From Oscillospiraceae bacterium (GTDB taxonomy: Bacteria; Bacillota; Clostridia; Oscillospirales; Ruminococcaceae), in assembly GCA_016295145.1 (NCBI GenBank), contig JAEDLR010000001.1:15753-79752 (forward strand): DNA of 64,000 bases, read 5' to 3'. The position numbers were made by a program, and so were the translations under genes. The notes under the pieces were generated by a model. The model had not been told where the DNA came from, searched no databases, and saw only the letters and a program-made list of their open reading frames with translations. Shown one piece after another: positions 1 to 8,259 of the stretch (the stretch's first letter is position 1; every line of letters begins with the position of its first letter).

Positions 1-1
1 C

Positions 2-295
2 CAACTGGCACAGGTGCTTTCACCCCTGCCCTTTGACATTCCCGAGGATAAGCGTGTAGATGTGGCAATGGCCACCACGATGATCAACGACAGATTGGCA
101 AACGGCAGCTTTGATTTTGATCTGAGCACCGGCCGTACCGTATTTCGTCTGACCAGTGCATTTATGGGTTGTAACCTGAGCACTGAGGTGTACGACTACA
201 TGATCGGTGTTTCCGTTGCCACAGTGGATGAGTACAACGACAAGATTATGATGCTGTGCAAGGGTATGATCGAATTGAGTGCATTTGCTGAGTAA
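2..295 (+). CDS. C-terminal part of a small YbjN-like (sensory-transduction-regulator / secretion-chaperone-like fold) protein; 5' end lies outside the window
   Basis: The frame is open from the window edge (no stop before the listed Met at 14) to TAA at 293-295. Family guess rests by eye on the ...NGSFDFDLSTGRTVFRLTSAF... pattern. A terminator follows. Confidence 0.35.
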   Translation, partial: QLAQVLSPLPFDIPEDKRVDVAMATTMINDRLANGSFDFDLSTGRTVFRLTSAFMGCNLSTEVYDYMIGVSVATVDEYNDKIMMLCKGMIELSAFAE

Positions 296-318
296 TGACA
301 GCACAGTAAGGAATCGGA

Positions 319-351
319 AGCAGTCTGTTGTTTTGCGACAGGCTGCTTTTT
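319..351 (+). terminator. Rho-independent terminator-like hairpin after the YbjN-like gene
   Basis: AGCAGTCTGT (319-328) pairs with ACAGGCTGCT (338-347), with one G-U pair, followed by TTTTT (347-351). Confidence 0.6.
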
Positions 352-384
352 CCCTCGAATAACAAAAATAAGGAGAAAAATGCT

Positions 385-3300
385 ATGCCCAATGCGCTGC
401 AAGCGATCACTGCCGAGGAATATCAGGCGATTCTTACGGAGATCGCTGACAAAAACAATACCACCAAGCCCGAAATCTTTGAAAAGGTCGTGCTGCGGTT
501 TATCACATACTATGGCGAACAACTGAAAATTTCCGATGCCGTTGCGCAATATTATGCCGAGAAGGGCGGCGTCCTGATGCTGAAAGCATTTTGGGAGGCG
601 GGTAAGGATACCGTTGCTGCCGATGTGGATAGTCTGAATGCATGGATGGCGGACAAAGTGCAGGAGATGCTACAGACCCCCCCTGCTGATACCCCTTCCG
701 ACCGCCAGCAGGATCGCGTCAAGCAGACCGCTGCGGTGCTTGCCAAAACCAAGCTGCCTACCCTTGCAGAGGTAATGCAGCGGCAGGCAGCCGCATCGCC
801 CAAGCCAAAGGCTTCTACCAGTCAGGCACAGCTGGATGCGATTCTGGGCAGAAGCAAAGCAAAGCCGACAGAGGAGAATCCGCCCATTGACCCCACAACG
901 ATGCGCGGTGAACTGAAAACACTGGTAGAGCGCACCAATACCATGCGTGACACGCTGCTGCGCAATGTATTCGGGCAGGATCATGCCGTGAATCTGTTTG
1001 CGGAAGGCTATTTCCGCGCCGAGTTATTGGGCAGGGCAGATGCCAGCCGCCGCAAACCCAAGGCGACTTTTTTGTTTGCAGGCCCTCCCGGCGTGGGTAA
1101 AACATATCTGGCAGAGCAGGGTGCCGCGATTCTGGGGCTGCCTTTTCTGCGCATGGATATGAGCGAATATGCCGACAGCAGTGCTGCTGCGGAGTTTATC
1201 GGCTCAGATAATGTATACAAGGGTGCAAAATCGGGCAATGTGACCTCCTTCGTCAAGGAGAATCCCCAGTGCGTGATCCTGTTTGATGAGGTGGAAAAGG
1301 CAAATATCAGCATCATTCACCTGTTTTTGCAAATGTTGGATGCAGGTATCCTGCGAGACAGCAATACGGATGAGGAGATCTCTTTTAAGGATACCATTCT
1401 GATTTTCACCACCAATGCCGGCAGGCAGCTCTATGAAGCTTCCGAAACGGCAAATCTCTCCGGCATCAGCCGCAGAACGGTGCTGAATGCACTGCTCCAT
1501 GATGTGAATCCCCGTACGGGCTCGCCGTATTTTCCACCTGCCATTTGTTCGCGCTTTGCCACGGGCAATGTGGTCATGTTCAATCACATGGAAACCAACC
1601 ATCTGCTTTCCATTGTGAAAAAGGAGTTTGAACGGCAAAAGGAGATCATTGCCCAGGCATACGGCATTGAACTGCACGCCGCAGAGTCTGTTCTGACTGC
1701 ATTGCTGTTGGCAGAGGGCGGCAACGCCGATGCCCGTACGATGTCCAGCCGTTCGGCGGCTTTTTTGCAGCGTGAGCTATATGAACTGTTTCTGGTGCTT
1801 TGCTCTGAGGATGTGGAGTACGATCTGGATACCGTGGAGCGCATTACATTGGATGTGGTGACCGACGGGTGCAGTCCGGAGGTGCTTGCGCTGTTTGCAC
1901 CTACCGAGCCGGCAAAGATCCTGTTTTTGTCCCAGGAGCGCGCAGAGTATTTTATCACCGACAGTGCGCAGAGCAAACTGCTGCCCTGTACTACCGCCGA
2001 AGAAGCCATCGCCATGCTGGAACAGCAGGAGATCGCGTTTGTGGTGATTGACTGGAACAGCAAGGGCGATGCAAGAAGCGAGTATCTGCATATTGAAGAT
2101 GTGGATTCCCCGGCAAGGGTGCTGTTCCGGCATCTCCGGCAGTATATGCCCCATTTGCCGGTGTATGTGTTGGAGCATTGTGACTATCCGCTGCGCTACG
2201 ATGAGCGCGTGAGCCTGACAGAAAACGGGGTCCGCGAGATTCTGACAGTGGAAAAGGGCAGCAATGTGCTGCAGATTGCTGACATCGTCACCACGATGTA
2301 TCGCAATCAGCAGGTGATGAAGCTTGCCTCCGCAAGCCAGATTGTTGCCTTCGAAACTGCACAGAGTATGTCTGCTGACGGAAAAGAAGCCCATATCTCC
2401 CTGTTTGATTTTGCCGTGCGCCGTGCGGTGGATGCCGAGGATGTCAAACAGATTCTCAGCGATGTTTCCCGTCCCACGCAGCGTTTTGATGATGTGATTG
2501 GTGCCGAGGATGCCAAGGCAGAACTGCAATACTTTGTGGATTATCTCAAGAACCCTGTCAAGCTGAGCCGCATGGGCCTGCGTCAGCCGAGAGGCGTGCT
2601 GCTGTACGGCCCTCCCGGAACGGGTAAAACGCTGCTTGCGAAGGCGATGGCAGGCGAATCCGACGTGACTTTTATCAGCGCGGACGGCTCACAGTTCTTA
2701 AAGCGGTATGTGGGCGAAGGCCCCGAGGCTATGAAAAGCCTGTTTGCCAAGGCAAGAAAATATGCCCCGACCATTGTGTTCATCGATGAGATTGATTCCT
2801 TTGCCACTGACCGCGATGCAGGCAGAGAGCTAGCCGGCCGTGCCGAGATCCTCAATGCACTGCTGACGGAAATGGACGGCTTCCGCGAAAATACCGGCAA
2901 GCCCGTGTTTGTACTGGCAGCCACCAATGCCGCCATGGAGGGCGAAAACGGCCGTACCATTGACGGGGCACTGGCAAGACGCTTTGACCGTAAAATCTAT
3001 GTAGAACTCCCCGGGAAGCTTGAACGTATCCGCTTCTTGCAGCGAATGAATCAGGCGAATAACCCTCTGCGGCTTTCAGACGGCATGATTGATAACCTGG
3101 CGGTGCGCTCTACCGGTATGAGCCTTGCGGAGTTGGAGAACATCATTGAGCTTTCCTATCGCAATGCAGTGCGTGCAGGCAGCGACATCGTCAACGATGC
3201 GATCTTTGTGGAGGCATTTGAATCCTTCCAGAACGGTAAGGAGAAAAAGTGGAATGCCGATACCCGTTTGCGTGTGGCGCGCCATGAGGCAGGTCATGCT

Positions 3301-3810
3301 CTGTTGTGCTGGCACAGCGGCGAGATGCCTTCCTATCTTACCATTGTGGCAAGAGCCGATCACGGCGGCTATATGCAGCATGGCGATACCGAGGACAAGG
3401 GCATCTACACTGCAGAGGAGATGCGTGGCAGGATCCGTACCTCTCTGGGCGGCAGAGCTGCAGAACTGGTATACTACGGCGAAGATGGCAATTCCAGCGG
3501 CGCTTCCGGCGATTTGCAGAACGCCACCAACTGTGCGCGCAGAATGCTCTGCCGTTATGGTATGGATAACGATTTTGGTCTGGCAGTCATGGCCGGCGGT
3601 GAACTCAGTGGCGAGCAGAGCTTGCTTGTGCGCCAGCGGATCAATGCGCTGCTTGCAGATGAGTTGCAGCGCGCCAAGGAGATCATTGTGCAGGAGAAGA
3701 CCCGCTACGAGCAGCTTGTCAATGCGTTGCTGGAGCGTGATTATCTTACAGGCCCTGAGCTGGAAAAGGTTCTGGGCGAGGTGCCGAAGAAAGTGCCCGT
3801 TACCGTATAA
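385..3810 (+). CDS. Soluble tandem AAA+ / M41 metalloprotease fusion: N-terminal helical region, Clp/Hsp100 D2-like AAA+ module, receiver-like domain, FtsH-like AAA+ module, peptidase M41 domain
   Basis: ATG at 385 lies 9 nt after AGGAG (371-375). Module 1: VFGQDHAV, Walker A GPPGVGKT (nt 1081-1104), Walker B ILFDEVEKA, sensor FTTN; it aligns by eye to ClpB D2. Module 2: Walker A GPPGTGKT (nt 2608-2631), Walker B IVFIDEID, pore loop YVG, second region of homology (SRH) ATN...ALARRFDR. Protease: HEAGH (nt 3283-3297) plus GASGDL. No hydrophobic TM stretch is visible. Confidence 0.85.
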   Translation: MPNALQAITAEEYQAILTEIADKNNTTKPEIFEKVVLRFITYYGEQLKISDAVAQYYAEKGGVLMLKAFWEAGKDTVAADVDSLNAWMADKVQEMLQTPPADTPSDRQQDRVKQTAAVLAKTKLPTLAEVMQRQAAASPKPKASTSQAQLDAILGRSKAKPTEENPPIDPTTMRGELKTLVERTNTMRDTLLRNVFGQDHAVNLFAEGYFRAELLGRADASRRKPKATFLFAGPPGVGKTYLAEQGAAILGLPFLRMDMSEYADSSAAAEFIGSDNVYKGAKSGNVTSFVKENPQCVILFDEVEKANISIIHLFLQMLDAGILRDSNTDEEISFKDTILIFTTNAGRQLYEASETANLSGISRRTVLNALLHDVNPRTGSPYFPPAICSRFATGNVVMFNHMETNHLLSIVKKEFERQKEIIAQAYGIELHAAESVLTALLLAEGGNADARTMSSRSAAFLQRELYELFLVLCSEDVEYDLDTVERITLDVVTDGCSPEVLALFAPTEPAKILFLSQERAEYFITDSAQSKLLPCTTAEEAIAMLEQQEIAFVVIDWNSKGDARSEYLHIEDVDSPARVLFRHLRQYMPHLPVYVLEHCDYPLRYDERVSLTENGVREILTVEKGSNVLQIADIVTTMYRNQQVMKLASASQIVAFETAQSMSADGKEAHISLFDFAVRRAVDAEDVKQILSDVSRPTQRFDDVIGAEDAKAELQYFVDYLKNPVKLSRMGLRQPRGVLLYGPPGTGKTLLAKAMAGESDVTFISADGSQFLKRYVGEGPEAMKSLFAKARKYAPTIVFIDEIDSFATDRDAGRELAGRAEILNALLTEMDGFRENTGKPVFVLAATNAAMEGENGRTIDGALARRFDRKIYVELPGKLERIRFLQRMNQANNPLRLSDGMIDNLAVRSTGMSLAELENIIELSYRNAVRAGSDIVNDAIFVEAFESFQNGKEKKWNADTRLRVARHEAGHALLCWHSGEMPSYLTIVARADHGGYMQHGDTEDKGIYTAEEMRGRIRTSLGGRAAELVYYGEDGNSSGASGDLQNATNCARRMLCRYGMDNDFGLAVMAGGELSGEQSLLVRQRINALLADELQRAKEIIVQEKTRYEQLVNALLERDYLTGPELEKVLGEVPKKVPVTV

Positions 3811-3828
3811 TCCGATCATACAAAATAG

Positions 3829-3863
3829 ACAGAGCAGGCAAACATGGTTCCTGCTCTGTTTTG
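3829..3863 (+). terminator. Rho-independent terminator after the AAA+/M41 gene
   Basis: ACAGAGCAGG (3829-3838) pairs perfectly with CCTGCTCTGT (3850-3859), followed by TTTTG. Confidence 0.75.
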
Positions 3864-3909
3864 CTATGGATAGATGGGCGCAACAGCGAAAAAGCCAGTG
3901 CCGCGCCGC

Positions 3910-3938
3910 TTTACAGATTGGAAAAACTATGGTATAAT
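3910..3938 (+). promoter_or_regulatory. SigA-type promoter for the patatin-like gene
   Basis: TTTACA (3910-3915), 17-nt spacer, TATAAT (3933-3938). Confidence 0.5.
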
Positions 3939-3976
3939 AAAGCCGATCATGCTTGTTTGTGAAAGGAATGGGAATC

Positions 3977-4843
3977 ATGCAACAGAAAACAGGGCTTGTG
4001 TTAGAGGGCGGCGCCATGCGCGGAATGTACACCGCTGGGATTCTGGATGTGCTGATGGAGCATCATGTGGTATTGGATGGTGCCATTGGCGTATCGGCAG
4101 GTGCTGCCTTTGGCTGCAATTATAAATCCCGGCAAATCGGCAGAAGCATTCGCTACAATCTCAAATATTGCAAAAACAAGCACTATTGCAGCGTATATTC
4201 GCTGATTCGTACAGGTGATTTATACGGCGGGGAGTTCTGCTACCACAAGCTGCCCACAGAACTGGATTTGTTCGATGTGCCCACCTATACTGCCAACCCC
4301 ATGCCGTTTTATGTGGTGGCAACCGATGTGGAAAGCGGCAAGCCGGTGTATCATCGCGCAGACCGCGCCGACGATACCGATATGGAGTGGTTCCGTGCCT
4401 CTGCCTCGATGCCGTTGGTGTCCAATATCGTGCAGATTGGGGACAAGCATCTACTGGATGGCGGCATGAGTGACCCCATTCCGCTGGCGTATTTTCAATC
4501 ACTGGGCTATAGCCGCAATGTGGTGATTCTGACGCAGCCCCGTGGATACCGCAAAGCGGAAAACAAATCGTTGCCCCTGTTGCGGGTGATGCTGCGTAAG
4601 TATCCCAATGCCGTCAAGGTGATGGCAAACCGTCATCTGGTGTATAACCGCACCACACAATTTGTGCTGGATTCCGAACAGGCAGGGGATACCTTCGTAT
4701 TTGCACCCAAGGAGCCGTTGCCCATCAAACGCATATGCCGTGATCCGGAACTGCTGCAGCAAACCTACGATATCGGCAGAAAACAGGCACTGGAGCTGTT
4801 ACCCGATCTGTTGCGCTTCTTGGGGAAGGAAGAAAAAGCATAA
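3977..4843 (+). CDS. Patatin-like phospholipase
   Basis: Oxyanion motif GGAMRG, nucleophile elbow GVSAG and catalytic DGG (LLDGGMSD) are all present. Start moved to ATG 3977, 9 nt after AAGGA (3963-3967); the track start at 3953 is TTG. Confidence 0.85.
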   Translation: MQQKTGLVLEGGAMRGMYTAGILDVLMEHHVVLDGAIGVSAGAAFGCNYKSRQIGRSIRYNLKYCKNKHYCSVYSLIRTGDLYGGEFCYHKLPTELDLFDVPTYTANPMPFYVVATDVESGKPVYHRADRADDTDMEWFRASASMPLVSNIVQIGDKHLLDGGMSDPIPLAYFQSLGYSRNVVILTQPRGYRKAENKSLPLLRVMLRKYPNAVKVMANRHLVYNRTTQFVLDSEQAGDTFVFAPKEPLPIKRICRDPELLQQTYDIGRKQALELLPDLLRFLGKEEKA

Positions 4844-4897
4844 TCATGAGATGGAAAGAAAACAGGGGTGGCATTCGCCATGCCGAAAGGAGAATCT

Positions 4898-7687
4898 ATG
4901 TTACAGACATTACATCTGGCAGAGCGTTTTGCACTGCTATGTGACCCGATCCCCTGCAAGCATACCGCCCCCCCCGCGGATTATCCCGAAACCATGCTGC
5001 TGCCGGGTACTACCGCACAGCAACACATTGGTACGCCTAATTCTGCGCGGGAGACCGACTTTTTCACCGAGGTGTACCCCTTTGAGGGACAGATATGGCT
5101 GAAAAAGACCGTGACTGTTCCCGATGCGATGCTGGGCAAACGGCTGATATTGCAATTGGAACGCACCCGTATGACAAAGCTTTGGGTCAATGGGCAGTAT
5201 GCAGGAAGCTGCGACAGCCTCTGTACGCCCCATACCTATGATATCACAGCATTTGCCACAAGGCAGACCGAACTGGTCATCTGCGTAAAGAATACCGACT
5301 ACCCCACAAAGGGTGGACACATGACTTCTCCCGATACGCAGACCAACTGGATCGGGATTACGGGGGATATTACACTGACTGCCTATGCCGATCTGCGCCT
5401 GACCGCTTTGCGTGCTTACCCTGACGCTGCAACCAAATCAGTGCGGGTGACGGGTACGCTCTGCGGTGGATTGCAGACGGCGTGTGTCATACAGGCAGAA
5501 GCTTACGATCCATCAGGGCATACTGTGCCGCTTCCCATACTCTCGCGGCATACTATTTGTGCCGATCGGAAGGGGAATTTTTCGTTGTTGCTGCAAATCC
5601 CCGATGCGCCGCTGTGGAGCGAGTACTGCCCTGTGTGCATCCGTATGATACTGACTTTGCCTGAATCGGGGGATTGTGAGACCCTTTGCTTTGGTATGCG
5701 GAATTTTACAGCCTGCGGCGATCATTTTGAGATCAACGGCAATGCGGTGATGCTGCGCGGCAAACATGACGGCCTGGTGTTTCCGCTGACTGGCGCTGCC
5801 CCCACCGATGTGGATCAATGGATGCGTGTTTTTTCCATTGCCAAGGAATGGGGTATCAACCATTACAGATTCCACACCTGCTGCCCCCCTGAGGCTTGCT
5901 TTGTCGCTGCTGACCGCATGGGCATTTATTTGGAGCCGGAGCTGCCCTTTTGGGGCACGGTACACGCCCCCGATGACGAAAATTTTCAGAGAGAGGAGCA
6001 GGCGTATCTCATCCATGAGGGTCTGCGCATCGTCGATGCCTACGGCAATCATCCGTCGTTTTGTATGTTCTCGCTGGGCAACGAGCTTTGGGGCAGCCCG
6101 GAACGGTTGGCGGAGATCATCGCCATTCTCAAAAAGCATGACGATCGTCCGTTGTATACGCAGGGCAGCAATAATTTTCAGCATATGCCCCTGAAGGTGG
6201 AAAATGAGGATTTCTGGACGGGCGTGCGGTTGGGTTATGGCAAGTTGATCCGCGGTTCCTATGCGACTTGCGACGCGCCGATCGGATTGATACAGACCGC
6301 AGCACCCTCTACCGCATGGGATTATGAAACGTATCTTGCGCCCTATGGGACGGAAGATACCGCTTCTGACGGCACGGAAACCGAAATTGAGATCCAGTAT
6401 GGTACGGGGGTCAAAAAGGTGCGGGCCGTCAAAACAGAGGGCTTCTGCCCCGATGTGCCTGTGGTCACCCATGAGGTGGGGCAGTACGGCGTTTACCCCG
6501 ATTTTTCCGAGATTGACAAGTACACGGGCGTGGTGCAGCCACGCAATTTCGAGGTGTTCCGTGAGCGTCTGGCAGAGGCAGGGATGCTTTCACAGGCAGA
6601 GGAATTTTTCCGCTGTTCCGGTGCGCTTTCCCGGGCGTGCTACAAAATGGAGATTGAAGCCGCCATGCGTTCGCCGCATATTGCAGGGTTTCAACTACTG
6701 GATTTGCAGGATTTTCCCGGGCAGGGTACTGCGCTGGTAGGTATGCTGAATGCGCTGATGGAGAACAAGGGGCTGATCTCTCCCGAGGAATGGCGCGGTT
6801 TTTGCGGCGATATCGTACCCCTTGCAAAATTCAATTCGTTTGTGTGGGAAAGCGGTCAGCAAGTGCAGATTGGGATGGCGTTGCGCTGCTATCGCCCGAT
6901 GCCAAAGGCACAAACACTGCAAATGACCTTGCAGTGGGACGGGGAAACGCTTTGTGAAGCCGTTGCGGAGATCCCTGCGTTTTCCGTTGGCTATTGCGAT
7001 CTCGGCAGCGTGGAGTTTGCCGTCAAGCCGGATGTTGCGGGCAAGGTGGTGCTGAAGCTGGAAATTCCCGGCATAGGCGTTGCAAACAGCTATGATATCG
7101 TGGTTTTGCCGCCTGCCAAGCCCGTTACAGTGCCTGAGGGTGTATGCATCACCCACAGTATGGCAGAAGCAATGCCGTTGCTGCAACAGGGGAGATCTGT
7201 GGTGCTGCTGCCCGAAAGGCTCTCGCATAGCATACCGGGCTTTTATTGCACGGATTTCTGGTGTTATCATATGTTTCGCATCATTTCGGAATCTATGAAC
7301 AAGGAGGTGCCGGTGGGCACAATGGGGCTTTGCATGGACAGCGCACACCCGATCACAAGGGCATTGTACAGCGAGACTTATGCAACGCCGCAGTGGTATG
7401 CGCCCGTAACCCATGCCAATTGTGTGATTCTCGATCGGGCACCTGTGGGATATCGTCCCATTGTGCAAATGATTGATAATTTTGAGCGTAATCACCGACT
7501 GGGATTGATTTTTGAAGCAAAGGTTGCTGGGGGAAATTTATTGGTATCTGCGGTGCGCACAGAAGAATGTCCCGATGATCCTGCGATGCAGCTACTGGCG
7601 CAGGCATTGCTCAACTATGCCGCTTCGGATGCCTTTGCCCCTGCTTTCGAGTTGGATGCCGATATGTTGACCGAGGTTTTGTGCTGA
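4898..7687 (+). CDS. Glycoside hydrolase family 2-like enzyme (beta-galactosidase/beta-mannosidase-type TIM barrel), apparently cytoplasmic
   Basis: ATG 4898 follows AAGGAG (4886-4891). Has an N-terminal sugar-binding-like region, a barrel segment INHYRFHTCCPPE and acid/base-like LGNELWG. No signal peptide. Substrate not inferable. Confidence 0.7.
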   Translation: MLQTLHLAERFALLCDPIPCKHTAPPADYPETMLLPGTTAQQHIGTPNSARETDFFTEVYPFEGQIWLKKTVTVPDAMLGKRLILQLERTRMTKLWVNGQYAGSCDSLCTPHTYDITAFATRQTELVICVKNTDYPTKGGHMTSPDTQTNWIGITGDITLTAYADLRLTALRAYPDAATKSVRVTGTLCGGLQTACVIQAEAYDPSGHTVPLPILSRHTICADRKGNFSLLLQIPDAPLWSEYCPVCIRMILTLPESGDCETLCFGMRNFTACGDHFEINGNAVMLRGKHDGLVFPLTGAAPTDVDQWMRVFSIAKEWGINHYRFHTCCPPEACFVAADRMGIYLEPELPFWGTVHAPDDENFQREEQAYLIHEGLRIVDAYGNHPSFCMFSLGNELWGSPERLAEIIAILKKHDDRPLYTQGSNNFQHMPLKVENEDFWTGVRLGYGKLIRGSYATCDAPIGLIQTAAPSTAWDYETYLAPYGTEDTASDGTETEIEIQYGTGVKKVRAVKTEGFCPDVPVVTHEVGQYGVYPDFSEIDKYTGVVQPRNFEVFRERLAEAGMLSQAEEFFRCSGALSRACYKMEIEAAMRSPHIAGFQLLDLQDFPGQGTALVGMLNALMENKGLISPEEWRGFCGDIVPLAKFNSFVWESGQQVQIGMALRCYRPMPKAQTLQMTLQWDGETLCEAVAEIPAFSVGYCDLGSVEFAVKPDVAGKVVLKLEIPGIGVANSYDIVVLPPAKPVTVPEGVCITHSMAEAMPLLQQGRSVVLLPERLSHSIPGFYCTDFWCYHMFRIISESMNKEVPVGTMGLCMDSAHPITRALYSETYATPQWYAPVTHANCVILDRAPVGYRPIVQMIDNFERNHRLGLIFEAKVAGGNLLVSAVRTEECPDDPAMQLLAQALLNYAASDAFAPAFELDADMLTEVLC

Positions 7688-7723
7688 GATACGGTATTTA
7701 TGGAGACGCTATCCTTATATTCT

Positions 7724-7757
7724 TGCGCAAGGGGTATGACTCCTTGCGCATTTTGTT
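7724..7757 (+). terminator. Rho-independent terminator after the GH2 gene
   Basis: TGCGCAAGG (7724-7732) pairs with CCTTGCGCA (7742-7750), followed by TTTTGTT. Confidence 0.7.
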
Positions 7758-7892
7758 GAAGTATGGTAAAGTACATATCGCGTGATTGCAAAGCACCTAG
7801 GGCATTGCCTGAATTCTGACCAAAATCATGCGTTAGCGCAAGCTAACTGCTTGTGCAAACTTCCAAAATATCCCGTTTTGACCCGTTTCCCC

Positions 7893-7921
7893 TTGACAAA
7901 TCCCCTGAAAGGTTGTATCAT
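7893..7921 (+). promoter_or_regulatory. SigA-type promoter of feoAB
   Basis: TTGACA (7893-7898), 17-nt spacer, TATCAT (7916-7921). Confidence 0.55.
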
Positions 7922-7969
7922 ATAGTTCGACAAGGCTAACTTGGCAACTCACTGAAAGGAGACAACAGC

Positions 7970-8191
7970 GTGAAAACACTCAAAGATGCAAAAATCGGAT
8001 CAACAGTGCGCGTGGTAAAGCTGCACGGGGAAGGCGCACTGCGCCGCCGTATCATGGATATGGGCATTACCCGTCATACTGAGATTTACATACGTAAGGC
8101 TGCGCCGCTGGGTGACCCCATCGAAGTGCAGGTACGAGGCTATGAGCTTTCTCTGCGCAAGGCAGATGCAGAAATGGTAGAGGTGGAGTGA
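7970..8191 (+). CDS. feoA: Ferrous iron transport protein A
   Basis: 73-aa SH3-like FeoA sequence (VRVVKLHGEG...RRRIMDMGI...). GTG start lies 8 nt after AAGGAG. Sits directly upstream of feoB. Confidence 0.9.
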   Translation: MKTLKDAKIGSTVRVVKLHGEGALRRRIMDMGITRHTEIYIRKAAPLGDPIEVQVRGYELSLRKADAEMVEVE

Positions 8192-8259
8192 ATGCTCCCC
8201 CTTTGCTTTTTGGCAGGCAGTTAGCATAGAGTAATTCAAAGGCGAAAGGAGCAGGACAA

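Noticed and set aside
328-384. N-terminal extensions given by the ORF track. Examples: 328 for the AAA+/M41 gene, 4868 for GH2, 20022 for rnj, 27237 for nadA, 28462 for the AI-2E transporter, 28511 for pcrA, 31009, 32409 for xylA, 39904, 41000, 45473, 46971 for rplS, 50056, 53527.
   Set aside because: The extended segments overlap upstream genes, promoters or terminators, have odd composition and lack SD sites. In each case an internal start codon with a good SD gives the canonical protein N-terminus.
7688-7969. Looked for a Fur box (AT-rich GATAATGATAATCATTATC-like) or a riboswitch upstream of feoA.
   Set aside because: No AT-rich 19-bp palindrome is visible. Only the GCTAAC-type inverted repeats, reported as a finding, stand out. 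The 5' UTR (about 40 nt) is too short for a riboswitch.
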